A DNA stretch of 64,000 bases from Nitrosopumilus sp. (lineage in GTDB: Archaea > Thermoproteota > Nitrososphaeria > Nitrososphaerales > Nitrosopumilaceae). The notes beneath the pieces were generated by a model. It ran no database searches. It saw only the letters and a list, made by a program, of their open reading frames with translations, and had not been told where the DNA came from. Shown here piece after piece: positions 39,718 through 50,808 of the stretch (its first letter is position 1; every line of letters begins with the position of its first letter). Location of the stretch: contig OZ250186.1 of the NCBI GenBank assembly GCA_965238275.1, positions 480,001 to 544,000 on the forward strand. Reading direction: 5' to 3'. Position numbers and translations under genes: made by a program.

Positions 39718-40046
39718 TGAGATTAACTAAGAAGGTAAAACTTCACTACAAATTACCAAAATTTGACAATGAGGGCAAGACTATTTCTGGCACAAAAATA
39801 CAAGATGTAAAAAACTTCTTCATATCCAAATATGGCGGCCTGTCTGTTGACAGTCCATCAGAAGGTTATTGGGAAGATGGGGGCTTTGTATTCAAAGATG
39901 TAAATTTAGAGTGTTCCATTTTTATTCCTAAACAAAAATTTGAAAAACAGGTAAAAAAAGAAATTCCAATACACATTGCAAAATTCAAAAAAGATTTTGA
40001 ACAACTTGCCATACTCTGTTATTATCATGGCATAGTATCTACCTGA
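39717..40046 (+). CDS. Hypothetical protein (DUF3574-like pattern)
   Basis: LPKFDNEG..YGGLS..GYWED..EQLAI; AT-rich. Confidence 0.6.
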   Translation: MRLTKKVKLHYKLPKFDNEGKTISGTKIQDVKNFFISKYGGLSVDSPSEGYWEDGGFVFKDVNLECSIFIPKQKFEKQVKKEIPIHIAKFKKDFEQLAILCYYHGIVST

Positions 40047-40249
40047 TTCTTATTCACATTCTGAATTAATAGAACGCATGAGTAATATCTGATTTTTTAA
40101 ATCCGCCACGGGCATGTTAACACTGCTGTCAAGCTGTAAGTTGTACCTCACATGACGTTCATGTCATCGATGTACAAGAAAGGCAACCGGTCGGATGAAC
40201 ATCGCAATCACCCAAACCCATTTCAAATTCATGAAAGTACGCTTCTCTT

Positions 40250-41918
40250 AGATCCTATGCAGAATGTGCCTGACACGGTAAATCATAAAATCGTGTCCAA
40301 TCTGCGCTAGGCGTGACCATATCTGATAATCCTGCCTGCCACATATTTTACAAATTTGTCTTGTGCGTCCCTGTGAAAAATCTGGTTTCCAGTATTGGAA
40401 AATAAGGCACGTTCTGTAGATGTGCGGCATCCGTCCCCCGGGGGCGGCAGGTTGTTTCATGGGGGAATGGGGGAAATTTGCACAAATATTGGAATTCCGT
40501 GCGCGACATTCCTGCACTGCGGGGTGCCGCCGCGTCTTTCACTCAGTTCAGGTGGCGGCTCGTGCCGCCCTGCCTCAGAGGCGCGCCCTTTCTTCTGCCA
40601 GCCTCTTGAGAAGGTCCGCGTCCCTGAGTTTTATTTCGTCCCACATCAGATCCTGGTTTACCATTCCTGCAATCGCGTTGAGCTCGTCGTTGTACTCCTC
40701 TTCGGTGCCGTCGTACGGGTCAGTCAGCCTCTTGTACTGCTTCAGGTTCCCTATGACGTGCTCTATGGCCACCCGGGAGCTGTTTACCCTCTGGTTGTAG
40801 GCGCGCTGCTTCTTTGTCAGGCCACCGGTCTTTTTGTCGGCACCAGGCTTTTTCTTGTACGGGTGCCTGATGTGCCATCCTGGATATTCCTCCCTTGTCC
40901 CCTGGTAGCCCTTGTCTGTCAGGACGTCTGGCTTTTCCTTTTCGGGCACGTCCTTCTGGCCCATCCTTGCAGTGATGATTCCAAGGTTTGGCGGATCCTC
41001 GTTGAGCAGGGTCTTGTCGTGGACGCTGCCCGGAACTGTCTTGCTTATCGCAACTATCACGCGGCGCTTGTTGATCACGATGTTGGTGTTGTACGTGTGT
41101 GCCTTCTTCTTGCCAGAGTACGTCTTTTTGCGCCTCTCCTTGTCCGCGGATCTTCTGACCCGGTTGTGCGTGCCGTCCACCATCAGTTCTCCTCCCCTCC
41201 TGCCCGGTATTATCTTCTTGCTCTCCTCAAGCGTCCTGGCCTTTTGCGCAGCCTCGCTGATTTTGCGCGGCGCCGTGTCTATCTCGCCGAGCAGCCTGGT
41301 CATCAACGGGAGATACCTGGAGACTGTGGCCTGATCAACGCCAAGCATCGTGGCAAGGGCTTCCTGCGGTATGCTCAGCCTTGACCGAAACAGCCACAGC
41401 AGGTACGCGTGCCTCAGGGGCAGGATGCGCCTGCTTCCGGAGTTTTTTGATCTGCTCCCAACTTCCCAAAAGAGCGCCGCTTCGCTCCAAAAGCTCCTTG
41501 AGGCGGTTCAGCGTGTGGTCAAACTTTTCCGGGGTGCGCAGGGTCATGGCGTGCAGGAATTCAGGATATTTTATGATGTCGTCAAGAAACCTAGACGTGA
41601 CGGTCCAGTGATCAGCCAGGCGTTCCTTGAGGGCCTCGCTCTTCTGCCGGTCTGTCCTGCGCGCCTCCCTGAGGGCTCTGATCCTCTGCCTGTGGAGTTC
41701 TCCTGATTCCCTGAGTTCCTCGTTTTCCTGCCGTATTCTCTGCACGATCGGTTCTGCCAACATTGCCATCACGGTGTGACGTAAAACTCGCCGATCTTAA
41801 CGTTTCGGTTACCGTTCCGGGATTGGCATGTTTTACAGCTCCGTGGATATTTGGCTGCATGCGGGAATAACCCAATTTAATTCAGTTTTTTAAATCAGGC
41901 ACATTCTGCATGAGATCT
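40250..41918 (-). mobile_element. IS5-family (ISL2-like) element
   Basis: 24-bp TIR AGATC(CT/TC)ATGCAGAATGTGCCTGA; 3-bp TSD CTT at 40247-40249 and 41919-41921. Confidence 0.9.
40575..41772 (-). pseudogene. IS5/DDE_Tnp_4 transposase split by a frameshift near 41440-41480
   Basis: HTH (QEALATMLGVDQATVSR), VDGT, YSGKKK, PGSVHD, DKGYQG, RVAIEHVIG spread over two frames. Confidence 0.87.
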
Positions 41919-42031
41919 CTTGTTAAGCACAATACCTCCTGAACCTCCATCCGATCCTGTCGCACCGTGATCACTTCTGGGTTATCTGGCATAACAGGTA
42001 GTTTTAATAAAATAACCATCAAACCCCCCGT

Positions 42032-43324
42032 ATGAGGGGACATGGAGGGTATGAGAAAGAGGCGCGAGATTTTCTACTTTCCAACAACCTGGCAATCGGG
42101 GATTTTGTAACGGTTCGCTCTGACACGATAACATACCGGGGACTAATTATGATGAGGTACGAACACGGCGATGACAGGCACATAGTCCTGAAACTTGACA
42201 GCGGGTACAACGTGGGGGTGGAGATTTCCAGTATTCAGAGCATCACCAAGAATCCAGAGACGCCAGAACCTGCAGAACCTGTCAGGCCAATCGGCAGGAC
42301 AGAGGGACTGCCAGAGATTCTTATGCTGACCACCGGGGGAACCATTGCAAGCAGGGTCGACTACAGGACCGGTGCCGTGACGCCTATTCTGAGAGCAGAG
42401 GAGATCAACTCATCCATACCGGAGGTGGCACGTATTGCCAACATTGACACGGAGATGCTTTTTTCAGAATACTCTGAGAACGTGGTGCCAGGCGACTGGC
42501 TGAAAATCGCAAAAGCAGTCAGCAAACATGCCGGTTCAGATTATGCAGGAATAATCATAGCGCACGGGACTGACACCATGCACTATACCTCGTCGTTTCT
42601 CTCATTTGCCCTTGCAGGTTTTCCCATTCCCATAGTGCTGGTGGGATCGCAGAGATCGCCGGATCGCGCCTCCTCGGATGCGGCACTGAACCTTATCGGG
42701 GCTGCAAGATTCATCACCGAGTGCAGGACGCCGGGGGTATACATCGCCATGCACCAGGACAGAAGCGACGGAAATACCGCATGCCATGCAGGGACAAGGG
42801 TAAGAAAGAACCACACCAGCAACAGGGGGGCGTTTCAGACCATCGGGGGGGAGCCGGCATTTTTAGTAACTGATTCTGGAATCACAAGGAACCTTTCTGG
42901 AGGCTACTATGACGTGGACGGATTCCGGCCCCAGATACGCCTGGACGAGAAGGTGGCACTGGTAAAATACCATCCAGGGTACGACCCGAAGATGATCGAC
43001 TGGATGATTCGGAATGAATACAGGGGGATAATCTTTGAGGGGACAGGACTGGGACACATCGGAAGGACCATGTACGAGGCGGTGGGCAGGGCAGCAGACA
43101 GGGGGATGTTTCTGGGCATGACGTCGCAGTGCATTGACGGCAGGGTCAGGATGACCGTATATGAAAGTGGCAGGGATCTGCTGAACCTTGGCATCATCCC
43201 CCTGGAGGACATGATTCCGGAGACTGCGCTGGTAAAGGCCATGTGGGCGATGGGAGGAGTACGGAACGGCAATGACATCAGGGAGGTCATGCTCAGTAAA
43301 GTGGCATCGGAGATGACACCATGA
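42032..43324 (+). CDS. gatD: Glu-tRNA(Gln) amidotransferase subunit D
   Basis: KLDSGYNVG, TGGTIASRVDYRTG, HGTDT. Confidence 0.96.
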   Translation: MRGHGGYEKEARDFLLSNNLAIGDFVTVRSDTITYRGLIMMRYEHGDDRHIVLKLDSGYNVGVEISSIQSITKNPETPEPAEPVRPIGRTEGLPEILMLTTGGTIASRVDYRTGAVTPILRAEEINSSIPEVARIANIDTEMLFSEYSENVVPGDWLKIAKAVSKHAGSDYAGIIIAHGTDTMHYTSSFLSFALAGFPIPIVLVGSQRSPDRASSDAALNLIGAARFITECRTPGVYIAMHQDRSDGNTACHAGTRVRKNHTSNRGAFQTIGGEPAFLVTDSGITRNLSGGYYDVDGFRPQIRLDEKVALVKYHPGYDPKMIDWMIRNEYRGIIFEGTGLGHIGRTMYEAVGRAADRGMFLGMTSQCIDGRVRMTVYESGRDLLNLGIIPLEDMIPETALVKAMWAMGGVRNGNDIREVMLSKVASEMTP

Positions 43325-45219
43325 CTGAATTTTCAATCAGCGATGCAGGGGTGAGGGTCGGCCTTGAGATCCACCAGCAGCTTGCAACGGGCAGGAAGCT
43401 GTTCTGCAGCTGTGCGCCGGTGGAGTCAGAGGAGCACCCCATAAGGTTCCGCAGGAGGCTGCGTGCAACCAAAAGCGAGCTGGGCATGTACGACCCTGCC
43501 GCGCTGTTTGAGGGAACAAAGTCAGAGACGATAGAGTATATGGCAAATCCGGAGAGCAGCTGCCTGGTGGAGCAGGACGAGGAACCCCCGCACGAGCTGG
43601 ACTGCGGCGCAAGGCGGATCGCCCTGATGGTGGCTGGCATGCTCAAGTCCAGCGTGTTTGGGGAGATGCACCCCATGAGAAAGACCGTGGTTGACGGTTC
43701 CAACACGACTGGCTTTCAGAGGACCATGCTGGTCTCGCAGGGAGGGTATTACGAGGTAGGCCCAAGGAGGATAGGTATCCAGTCAATCTGCCTGGAAGAG
43801 GACGCGGCCAGAATCCTGGAGGGGGACGGCACCGTAAAGAGGTATGGCCTGGAACGGCTTGGAATACCGCTGGTGGAGATTGCAACCGAACCCTTTGAGG
43901 CAGAGCCCGGACAGACAAGGGAGAACGCCCTGGCGCTGGGAAGAATACTGAGAAGCACCAGACGTGTGAGAAGGGGCCTGGGCTCAATCAGGCAGGATGT
44001 CAATGTATCGGTCAGGGGAGGTAACGCGGTAATAGAGGTAAAGGGCGTGCAGCAGCTGGACCAGCTGGAAGGCGTCGTGGAGTACGAGGCAAAGAGGCAG
44101 CACGGGCTGCTGGGAATCTCAAAGGAGATACGGGACAGGGGATGGTCCCATGGGCCGGGGGATGTATCAGACGTTACGGAACTGCTGAAAGGGTGCGGCT
44201 CAAAGATAATCCGCAGTGCCGTAAAAAAGGGGCACAGAATCCATGCGGTGCTGTTTAGAAGCATGGCCGGCATGTTCGGGTACTCCCCGTACGAGGGCAT
44301 CAGGCTGGGAAGGGCGGTTGCAGAGATGGTGCGATTCTTTGGTATCGGGGGCGTCTTTCATTCAGACGAGCTGCCGGGGTACGGCATTACAGAGTCAGAC
44401 GTGGACGGTGTCAGGGGGTTTCTGAAGGCAGGAAGCGATGATGCGTTTTTGATCCTGGCTGCCCCGGAGGGCATGATTGGGACGGTGACAGGCCACATAG
44501 TCCGGAGGGTCGAAGATGTAAGGGACGGGGGAATTCCTGCAGACACCAGGCTTGCCATGCCGGACGGCACCACCAGGTTTCTGAGGCCAAAGCCGGGGGC
44601 TGCAAGAATGTACCCGGAGACTGACATACCCCCGATAGCAGTCGCGCGGGAGGAGATTGAGGAGGCAAGGGAGAACACGCCCAGGTCATGGGACGAGTCG
44701 GTAAGGGACATCCGAGAGAAACACGGGATCAATCCCCAGCTTGCAGAGCAGATCTATGACTCTGAATACATGGATCTCTTTGAGGGGATAGCAGAAAAAA
44801 CCGGCGCAAGCCCCACGTTTGTGGCATCGGTGCTGTGCTCGGTGATAACCGGCCTGGAGAGAAGCGGTCTGGATTCGGGACTGCTTGACGGCAAGGAGAT
44901 CACAAGGACATTTGAGCTGCTGGGCGAAAAGAAGATCGCAAAAGAGTCAGTGGAGATAATCTTTGAGGACATAATGAGTGGCAGATCCAAGACTGCACAG
45001 GAGGCCATGAGGAACAAGACGATCGGGGCGGTGGACGAGTCGGAACTGGATGGCATCATACGCGGGATACTTGAGGAGAACAAAGACATGATAGGGAGTC
45101 AGAAGGAGAGGGCCATCGGGCCTCTGATGGGGATTGCAATGAAGAAGTTGAGGGGAAATGTGTCAGGCGAGATGGTAAACTCCCTTCTTGCACGCGGGAT
45201 CAAGGAGATGCTGGATTGA
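43321..45219 (+). CDS. gatE: Glu-tRNA(Gln) amidotransferase subunit E
   Basis: GLEIHQQL, DGSNTTGFQRT, RMYPETD. Confidence 0.96.
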   Translation: MTEFSISDAGVRVGLEIHQQLATGRKLFCSCAPVESEEHPIRFRRRLRATKSELGMYDPAALFEGTKSETIEYMANPESSCLVEQDEEPPHELDCGARRIALMVAGMLKSSVFGEMHPMRKTVVDGSNTTGFQRTMLVSQGGYYEVGPRRIGIQSICLEEDAARILEGDGTVKRYGLERLGIPLVEIATEPFEAEPGQTRENALALGRILRSTRRVRRGLGSIRQDVNVSVRGGNAVIEVKGVQQLDQLEGVVEYEAKRQHGLLGISKEIRDRGWSHGPGDVSDVTELLKGCGSKIIRSAVKKGHRIHAVLFRSMAGMFGYSPYEGIRLGRAVAEMVRFFGIGGVFHSDELPGYGITESDVDGVRGFLKAGSDDAFLILAAPEGMIGTVTGHIVRRVEDVRDGGIPADTRLAMPDGTTRFLRPKPGAARMYPETDIPPIAVAREEIEEARENTPRSWDESVRDIREKHGINPQLAEQIYDSEYMDLFEGIAEKTGASPTFVASVLCSVITGLERSGLDSGLLDGKEITRTFELLGEKKIAKESVEIIFEDIMSGRSKTAQEAMRNKTIGAVDESELDGIIRGILEENKDMIGSQKERAIGPLMGIAMKKLRGNVSGEMVNSLLARGIKEMLD

Positions 45220-45610
45220 GTCACGGGCGGAAGCAGGTTGTTTTGTGCAGAGGAGGCGCCCAGAATTTTTGTAATCGTCGCCGTGTCCCTTTTGATATGG
45301 GATACGTGGCTTTGAACCGGATTGGGCCTGTCTTCAAACAACATCAGGATTCTGGAGGTTCTCCAAGCATGGTTGGCGCCTGCCGGCGACTGTCACTGCC
45401 ATACCAGGAAACAGAATGTGCCCGGAATGTTGATTCTGCCAAGGAAGTCGCATCGCTTGCAGACACCATATTTTTCAAAGATTGGATCACGGCGCATTGC
45501 GGTTTTTGCAAAAAATGAGCAGATTGCAGACGTCAGCAGTGCATGGCATGGACAAGGCTGCTGCTTTTGGGCTAACCAAATAAATAATAATTTGTCCAAC
45601 GGCATCATGT

Positions 45611-47908
45611 TTGATGGACATGGAGCCACGTGCGGAGATGGGTTTGGTGATCAACGAGTTGCTGGATTGCCGGCGACAGTTGGAGGACGGGCGGATTCGG
45701 GACTATGCAGGCGCCGCAGCAGGCCTCAGGGATCTGCTGGACAGTTTTTTCACAAACTGCGTTGCCCCCGCCGTGGCCGGACACACACGCAGGGACATAC
45801 CTGCCCGGGACACATATCCGGGACGCGGGCTTGACTACATGCGCACACTAGCGCGTGCACTGAGGGATGCAGCCGACAAACCCCAGAAGGATTCTGCCGT
45901 ACGCGGGGGGGAGGACAGGTCACCGTTTGATGATCTTGGGACATTCTATGACAACCCGCAACGCGCAGTTGAACAAAAAGATGTCATGGAAATGTGCGAT
46001 ATGGTGGAGGAGGTTGTTGAGCATACGCTCAGGCCTGACATCGCCATGTCTGCCGGGATGATGCTGTCAAAGGCAGGGTGGTACGCCAGCAACGGTTCCA
46101 CAGAATCCATGTCAAAGTACGCCCAAGAGTCCCTTGAGTACTATGATGAGGCCATAAGGAACGAACCGGCAAACGTTTTGGTGTGCATGTACAGAGCCGC
46201 AGCACTAGATATGCTTGACAGAGCCGGGGAGATCATCTCCATGGTTCAGAAGGCAGAGGAGACAAAACCCGGCGGCCGGGATGTGTACTCCATGAGTCTC
46301 ATTTTGCACATCAAATACGGAGAGGGCGAGGACATTGCAAGACTCCTTGAACACGAGAATGCTGCAAGCCTGAACGAGGAAGAATGCGTGGCAACCGGCG
46401 GCATGCTGATCCAGCGCGGAATCTCTGAAGAAGGGCTTGTCTGCATTAGGAGTTTGATTGGGATGTGTCCGGAGAACCCAGAACTGAGGTTTGTCGGGAT
46501 CTGCATGCTCATGGGCTTGGATCGGTATGACGAGGCTGCCGATCGCCTTGAACATCTAACGGAACTGGATCCGTCGTACGACATAGGTGATACCGGAGCC
46601 ATGATTTCACACAGGCGGGGAAGACACAGTGAGGCACTAGAGATGATAAAGGCGGCAATACAGAAGAGACCAAATGACACGTCTCTGCGGTGTAGCATGG
46701 CCTTCATACTGCACGAATCAGGCAGGTCAGACGAGGCACTTGAATGCGTGAATTATGTCTTAAAGAGGGACGCGGCAAACACGCAGGGACACACTCTAAA
46801 ACTCTACATGCTAAATTCGCTTGACAGACGCGGTGAGAGGGGGGCCGCATGCATGACAGATGCCCCACAGACAGATTCGCACGGTGCCAGAAAAGACATG
46901 GGCATCACAACAGGCCCTGAGGGGGAAGATGTCAGCAAGCCGGTTACAGAGATCCTAGGCATGCGCCAGGACAGCATGAACCTGTCCACGGATACAGGCC
47001 ACAGGGGGATCGGCAAAGGCTTGGACGAGATGATGAGACAACTTGATGAGGATGTACAAAGGAACCCGGATGCCGGCGCACCGCGCTATGCAAAGGGACT
47101 GGCACTGTTCATTGACAAAAGGTACGAGGAGGCCCTTCCATGCATTGCACGCGCAGTCGATCTCGAACCCGGAAACTACGACTACTCCGTCCTAAGGGGA
47201 CAGGTATTGGATTGCCTTGGGATGTACGAGGAGGCCATTGGATGCTTTAACAGGGCGATCAAGGTTGGACCCACGAACCTTCTGGCATACCATTACAAGG
47301 GCGAGGTGCTGATGGATCTCAAAAGATATGACGCGGCTGCCAAGTGCTTTGGTGCCGAGGTAAGGATCGATCCCAATGATGTCGATGCCCTCACCTGCCT
47401 GTGTCATGCCCTGCGCTACACCAAAAAATACAAAGACGCGCTCCGCTACGTCAGGATGGCAACCAGCCTGGACCAGCAAAACGCCGACCTGCACTGCATG
47501 CACGGGGATATCTTGCATTCTATGGGCAAGGACCGAAAGGCACTTGCATGCTACCAGAGGGCAGTTGATCTTGAACCCGATAATGCCGACATGCACTGCG
47601 CATTGGGCCAGATGCAAGAACGCCTTGGCAGAATCAACGACGCGTTAGAGTCCATCAATGCCGCCATCAGGCTGCAGCCGGACGACAGCAATTTGTGCAT
47701 CATCAGGGCATCACTGCTTAGCAGCCTAGGCCTGCACGAGGAGGCCCTTGCAGACATACGGGGAGCCGAGGAGATGAATGACTTGTACCCAGGATACTTG
47801 GCCACAAAGGGTGGCATACTTGAAAGTCTTGGCAGGTATGACGAGGCAGACAAATGCTTCGCAGAGTTGGACAGGATCTACCCAAACGGATTGCCAAGAC
47901 CCGAGTAG
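45611..47908 (+). CDS. Large TPR-repeat protein
   Basis: Many 34-aa TPR units (..G.Y.EA..C...A...P). Confidence 0.9.
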   Translation: MMDMEPRAEMGLVINELLDCRRQLEDGRIRDYAGAAAGLRDLLDSFFTNCVAPAVAGHTRRDIPARDTYPGRGLDYMRTLARALRDAADKPQKDSAVRGGEDRSPFDDLGTFYDNPQRAVEQKDVMEMCDMVEEVVEHTLRPDIAMSAGMMLSKAGWYASNGSTESMSKYAQESLEYYDEAIRNEPANVLVCMYRAAALDMLDRAGEIISMVQKAEETKPGGRDVYSMSLILHIKYGEGEDIARLLEHENAASLNEEECVATGGMLIQRGISEEGLVCIRSLIGMCPENPELRFVGICMLMGLDRYDEAADRLEHLTELDPSYDIGDTGAMISHRRGRHSEALEMIKAAIQKRPNDTSLRCSMAFILHESGRSDEALECVNYVLKRDAANTQGHTLKLYMLNSLDRRGERGAACMTDAPQTDSHGARKDMGITTGPEGEDVSKPVTEILGMRQDSMNLSTDTGHRGIGKGLDEMMRQLDEDVQRNPDAGAPRYAKGLALFIDKRYEEALPCIARAVDLEPGNYDYSVLRGQVLDCLGMYEEAIGCFNRAIKVGPTNLLAYHYKGEVLMDLKRYDAAAKCFGAEVRIDPNDVDALTCLCHALRYTKKYKDALRYVRMATSLDQQNADLHCMHGDILHSMGKDRKALACYQRAVDLEPDNADMHCALGQMQERLGRINDALESINAAIRLQPDDSNLCIIRASLLSSLGLHEEALADIRGAEEMNDLYPGYLATKGGILESLGRYDEADKCFAELDRIYPNGLPRPE

Positions 47909-48274
47909 TATTGCTGCTGCCCTGTTGTCTGCAGGATGTGTGGCCGGGGCAGGCCCGTTTAGAGACCACATCATAGAACGCGGCGGCAGTTTTCCGACAG
48001 GCAGTTTGGGACACCGATCATCAACACCCGTTGACAGCATATACTGCCTTGCAGGCATACGCAAAAGGGAACAGAAAAAGTCACGGATGCCTGCGGTACG
48101 GTTGAAGAGGAATCCGCGGGCATGGAACTGACAAACCCTAGGCCGTTCCCGGATAGGCGGCAATCTTGAACGGTTCTGCATGAGCCCAGGGCAGGAGGCA
48201 TTCCATTATGAAAACCTTCCAGAATACTGCAATGAGAAACAATTACACTTTTCACCGGACATGCCCAAATACTC

Positions 48275-48808
48275 TTGCAGGGGGACCGCAGAAGCACAAG
48301 ACAGAATAGGGATTGGACGACAGGGCGTTTGTTGAAGTATCATGAATGGGTGGATATGGGAGGACGGCTAGCCATGGAACAAAAATATTACAAGGCACTA
48401 AAGTGCTTTGACAAAGCCATAAGGATGACGCCTGGCATGCATCTGGCACACTATGGCAAGGGTATGGCATTACAGGAACAAGGCAAGCACCGCAGGGCCA
48501 TAGAGTGCTTTGAGATGGCCATACAACGCGACAAGTCAGGCGATTATTTTCCGCACTTTAGCAAGGGCATGTCACTGGGCAGTCTTGGCGAGCATGAAAA
48601 GGCGGTGGAGTGCTTTGATGCGGCCATACGGCTTGAGCCCGTAAACGACATGGCGTACTATGGCAAGGGCGTTGCGCTGTATTATATGGGAAGATACCGT
48701 GATGCGGTGGAGTGTTTTGACAAGTCCCTGAGCATAAACCCCGGCGACGGCAATGCAGCCCACTACAGGACAGAATCATTGCGGGCCCTGAAGACGGGAC
48801 GAGTATGA
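48275..48808 (+). CDS. TPR-repeat protein (true start probably near 48329)
   Basis: Four TPR units. Confidence 0.85.
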   Translation: MQGDRRSTRQNRDWTTGRLLKYHEWVDMGGRLAMEQKYYKALKCFDKAIRMTPGMHLAHYGKGMALQEQGKHRRAIECFEMAIQRDKSGDYFPHFSKGMSLGSLGEHEKAVECFDAAIRLEPVNDMAYYGKGVALYYMGRYRDAVECFDKSLSINPGDGNAAHYRTESLRALKTGRV

Positions 48809-49144
48809 TCATGGTGCCATTTCAGGAACCATCTCAGCGAGCCTCTCGGTAATATTCTGGATCTCCTCCATGTTCTGGGCGATCACCTCCTCAAGCACCG
48901 CAATCTCCCGGCCTGTCTGGGACGTCTCGTTGAGTCCGGGGTCTGCGGCCTTGATCTCGTCAAGCGCCTCGCGGTTGGACTCGTTGACCTTGATCAGATC
49001 GTCCCTGTATTTTTCCAGCCTCTCAAACGCAGAGACCTCCTCGGCGGGCGCCTCTGCAACTTCAGGCTCCGTCAGGAACCCAAGAGTGATTACTGCTCCC
49101 CCTACTGCAAGAGCCGCGACCAGGATTATGATGGGTAGTCTCAT
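48809..49144 (-). CDS. Membrane-anchored coiled-coil hypothetical protein
   Basis: N-terminal TM; last gene of the ABC/COG1361 operon. Confidence 0.65.
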   Translation of the reverse strand: MRLPIIILVAALAVGGAVITLGFLTEPEVAEAPAEEVSAFERLEKYRDDLIKVNESNREALDEIKAADPGLNETSQTGREIAVLEEVIAQNMEEIQNITERLAEMVPEMAP

Positions 49145-49158
49145 GTCCGAACTCAGAA

Positions 49159-50808
49159 CTACTGTGATATCTTCTTTTTGCGTCTTCTTGCAAGAAATAT
49201 CCCCACGCCGGCTGCCGCTGCAACCGGTATTATTATCAGGGCCATGTCAGGGAATGCCTGTTCCTCCTCTACGGCGGGTTCTGAAATGAATACTACGGCA
49301 TCATGGGATACGACTGTCTCGTTGCGGATGCTGTCCTTGTATCTTACATGGACGGTGATCTCGTGCTCGCCGTACTGGGGAGGCCCGTCAAACTCGATCG
49401 GGGTGTTAAAGGGCACCGGAGAGTCAGTCTCTATCTCGTCGATGAACTGCTCGACTGGCATGAGGTTGGAGCCGCCCCGCGGCTCGACTGAGATGAACCC
49501 GAAGAGTCCGTCCTCGTTTCCCTCGTTGATGATCTCCCCCACTATCAGCTGCTGGCCGGCAGACAGATCCACCACATGCACGTTAAACACGTTGAGGTCC
49601 ACAAACCCCTTGACGTAAAAGTCCACCACCCGGGATATCTGCTGGGGATCGCCGTACGAGTTGTAGTAGGATATGGACAATGGAATCTTCAGCGTCTGGT
49701 CCCTGATGGACTCGGGCACGTATACGGTCAGGTCGATACTCTCAGAGGAGCCCGGCTCTATCTGGCCCACGTTCCAGTTGGATTCGGGGATCACCACGTT
49801 TTCCAGGTTGTTCTGGAATTCCATGGAGCCGGACCTTGCAGGTATGTCAGTGGTAATGTCCACGCCGGAGATTGGGTCGGTCCCGTCGTTGGTAATCTGG
49901 ATGGAGACATCGTTTGTCTTCAGGGATGTCAGGAACGGCTGCTCTGCCCTTGCGTTGATCACGTTGTCGCCGGTCTGGTCAACAAACCCCTTGACAAAAA
50001 AGTCTACTGCCCTTGATATCTGCTGGGGATCGCCGTACGAGTTGTAGTAGGATATGGACAATGGAATCTTCAGCGTCTGGCCCTTGAGGGATTCGGGCAC
50101 GTATACGGTCAGGTCGATACTCTCAGAGGAGCCCGGCTCTATCTGGCCTACGTTCCAGTTTGAGACGGGGATCACGACGTTTTCTAAGTTGGTCTGGGAG
50201 GCGAGCGCGTCGGTGCTGATATCCACGCCTGAGATCTGGGCGGTCCCGTCGTTGGTAATATGGATGGAGACTTCGTTTGTTCTCAGCGGCGTGAGAAACG
50301 GCTGCTCTGCCTGTGCGTTGATCACGCTGCCGCCGGTTATCCTAAAATCAAATTGCTCATGCACCACTCGGGTGCCAGACTCCCTCAGCCGGGAATAGTC
50401 CACCTCTATGCTTGCAGGATACTGCCGTATCTGCAAGTTCTTGTCAAGGTTTACAGAGAAGGTGAGGTAGAAGATCTCCCCTGCCAGCGGGTTGGAGATG
50501 CTGTCTGCCCGGATGACTGAGCCTGGGCCGGACCCGGAAAAGCCGATTGGCAGCATCAGCTGGCCCTGGATCCCGGTGATGTCATGCGTGCCCACGTTGG
50601 CAAGAACCACGGTAAGCGGCACGTTGCTGTCGCCCGGCTCGACTTCTATCTTTTGATCCTCCGTGCCAAAGTACGCATCCAGAAACTTGACGTCCCCGTA
50701 CTCCCTCTCAAAGGGCGATTCCCCGACAGGGATTGACTGGGCGTACGAGTAGCCAAATATGGACGGTACCGCAAGGGCTGCAATCAGCAAAGGAAGATAC
50801 CTCATCAT
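49159..50808 (-). CDS. COG1361-type S-layer/Ig-like surface protein
   Basis: Signal peptide, repeated NVGQIEPGSS Ig-like domains, C-terminal TM + RRRKKK. Confidence 0.82.
   Translation of the reverse strand: MMRYLPLLIAALAVPSIFGYSYAQSIPVGESPFEREYGDVKFLDAYFGTEDQKIEVEPGDSNVPLTVVLANVGTHDITGIQGQLMLPIGFSGSGPGSVIRADSISNPLAGEIFYLTFSVNLDKNLQIRQYPASIEVDYSRLRESGTRVVHEQFDFRITGGSVINAQAEQPFLTPLRTNEVSIHITNDGTAQISGVDISTDALASQTNLENVVIPVSNWNVGQIEPGSSESIDLTVYVPESLKGQTLKIPLSISYYNSYGDPQQISRAVDFFVKGFVDQTGDNVINARAEQPFLTSLKTNDVSIQITNDGTDPISGVDITTDIPARSGSMEFQNNLENVVIPESNWNVGQIEPGSSESIDLTVYVPESIRDQTLKIPLSISYYNSYGDPQQISRVVDFYVKGFVDLNVFNVHVVDLSAGQQLIVGEIINEGNEDGLFGFISVEPRGGSNLMPVEQFIDEIETDSPVPFNTPIEFDGPPQYGEHEITVHVRYKDSIRNETVVSHDAVVFISEPAVEEEQAFPDMALIIIPVAAAAGVGIFLARRRKKKISQ
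49601..50326. repeat. Internal tandem duplication of ~350-380 bp within the COG1361 gene
   Basis: Near-identical DNA blocks offset by 363-381 bp. Confidence 0.9.
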
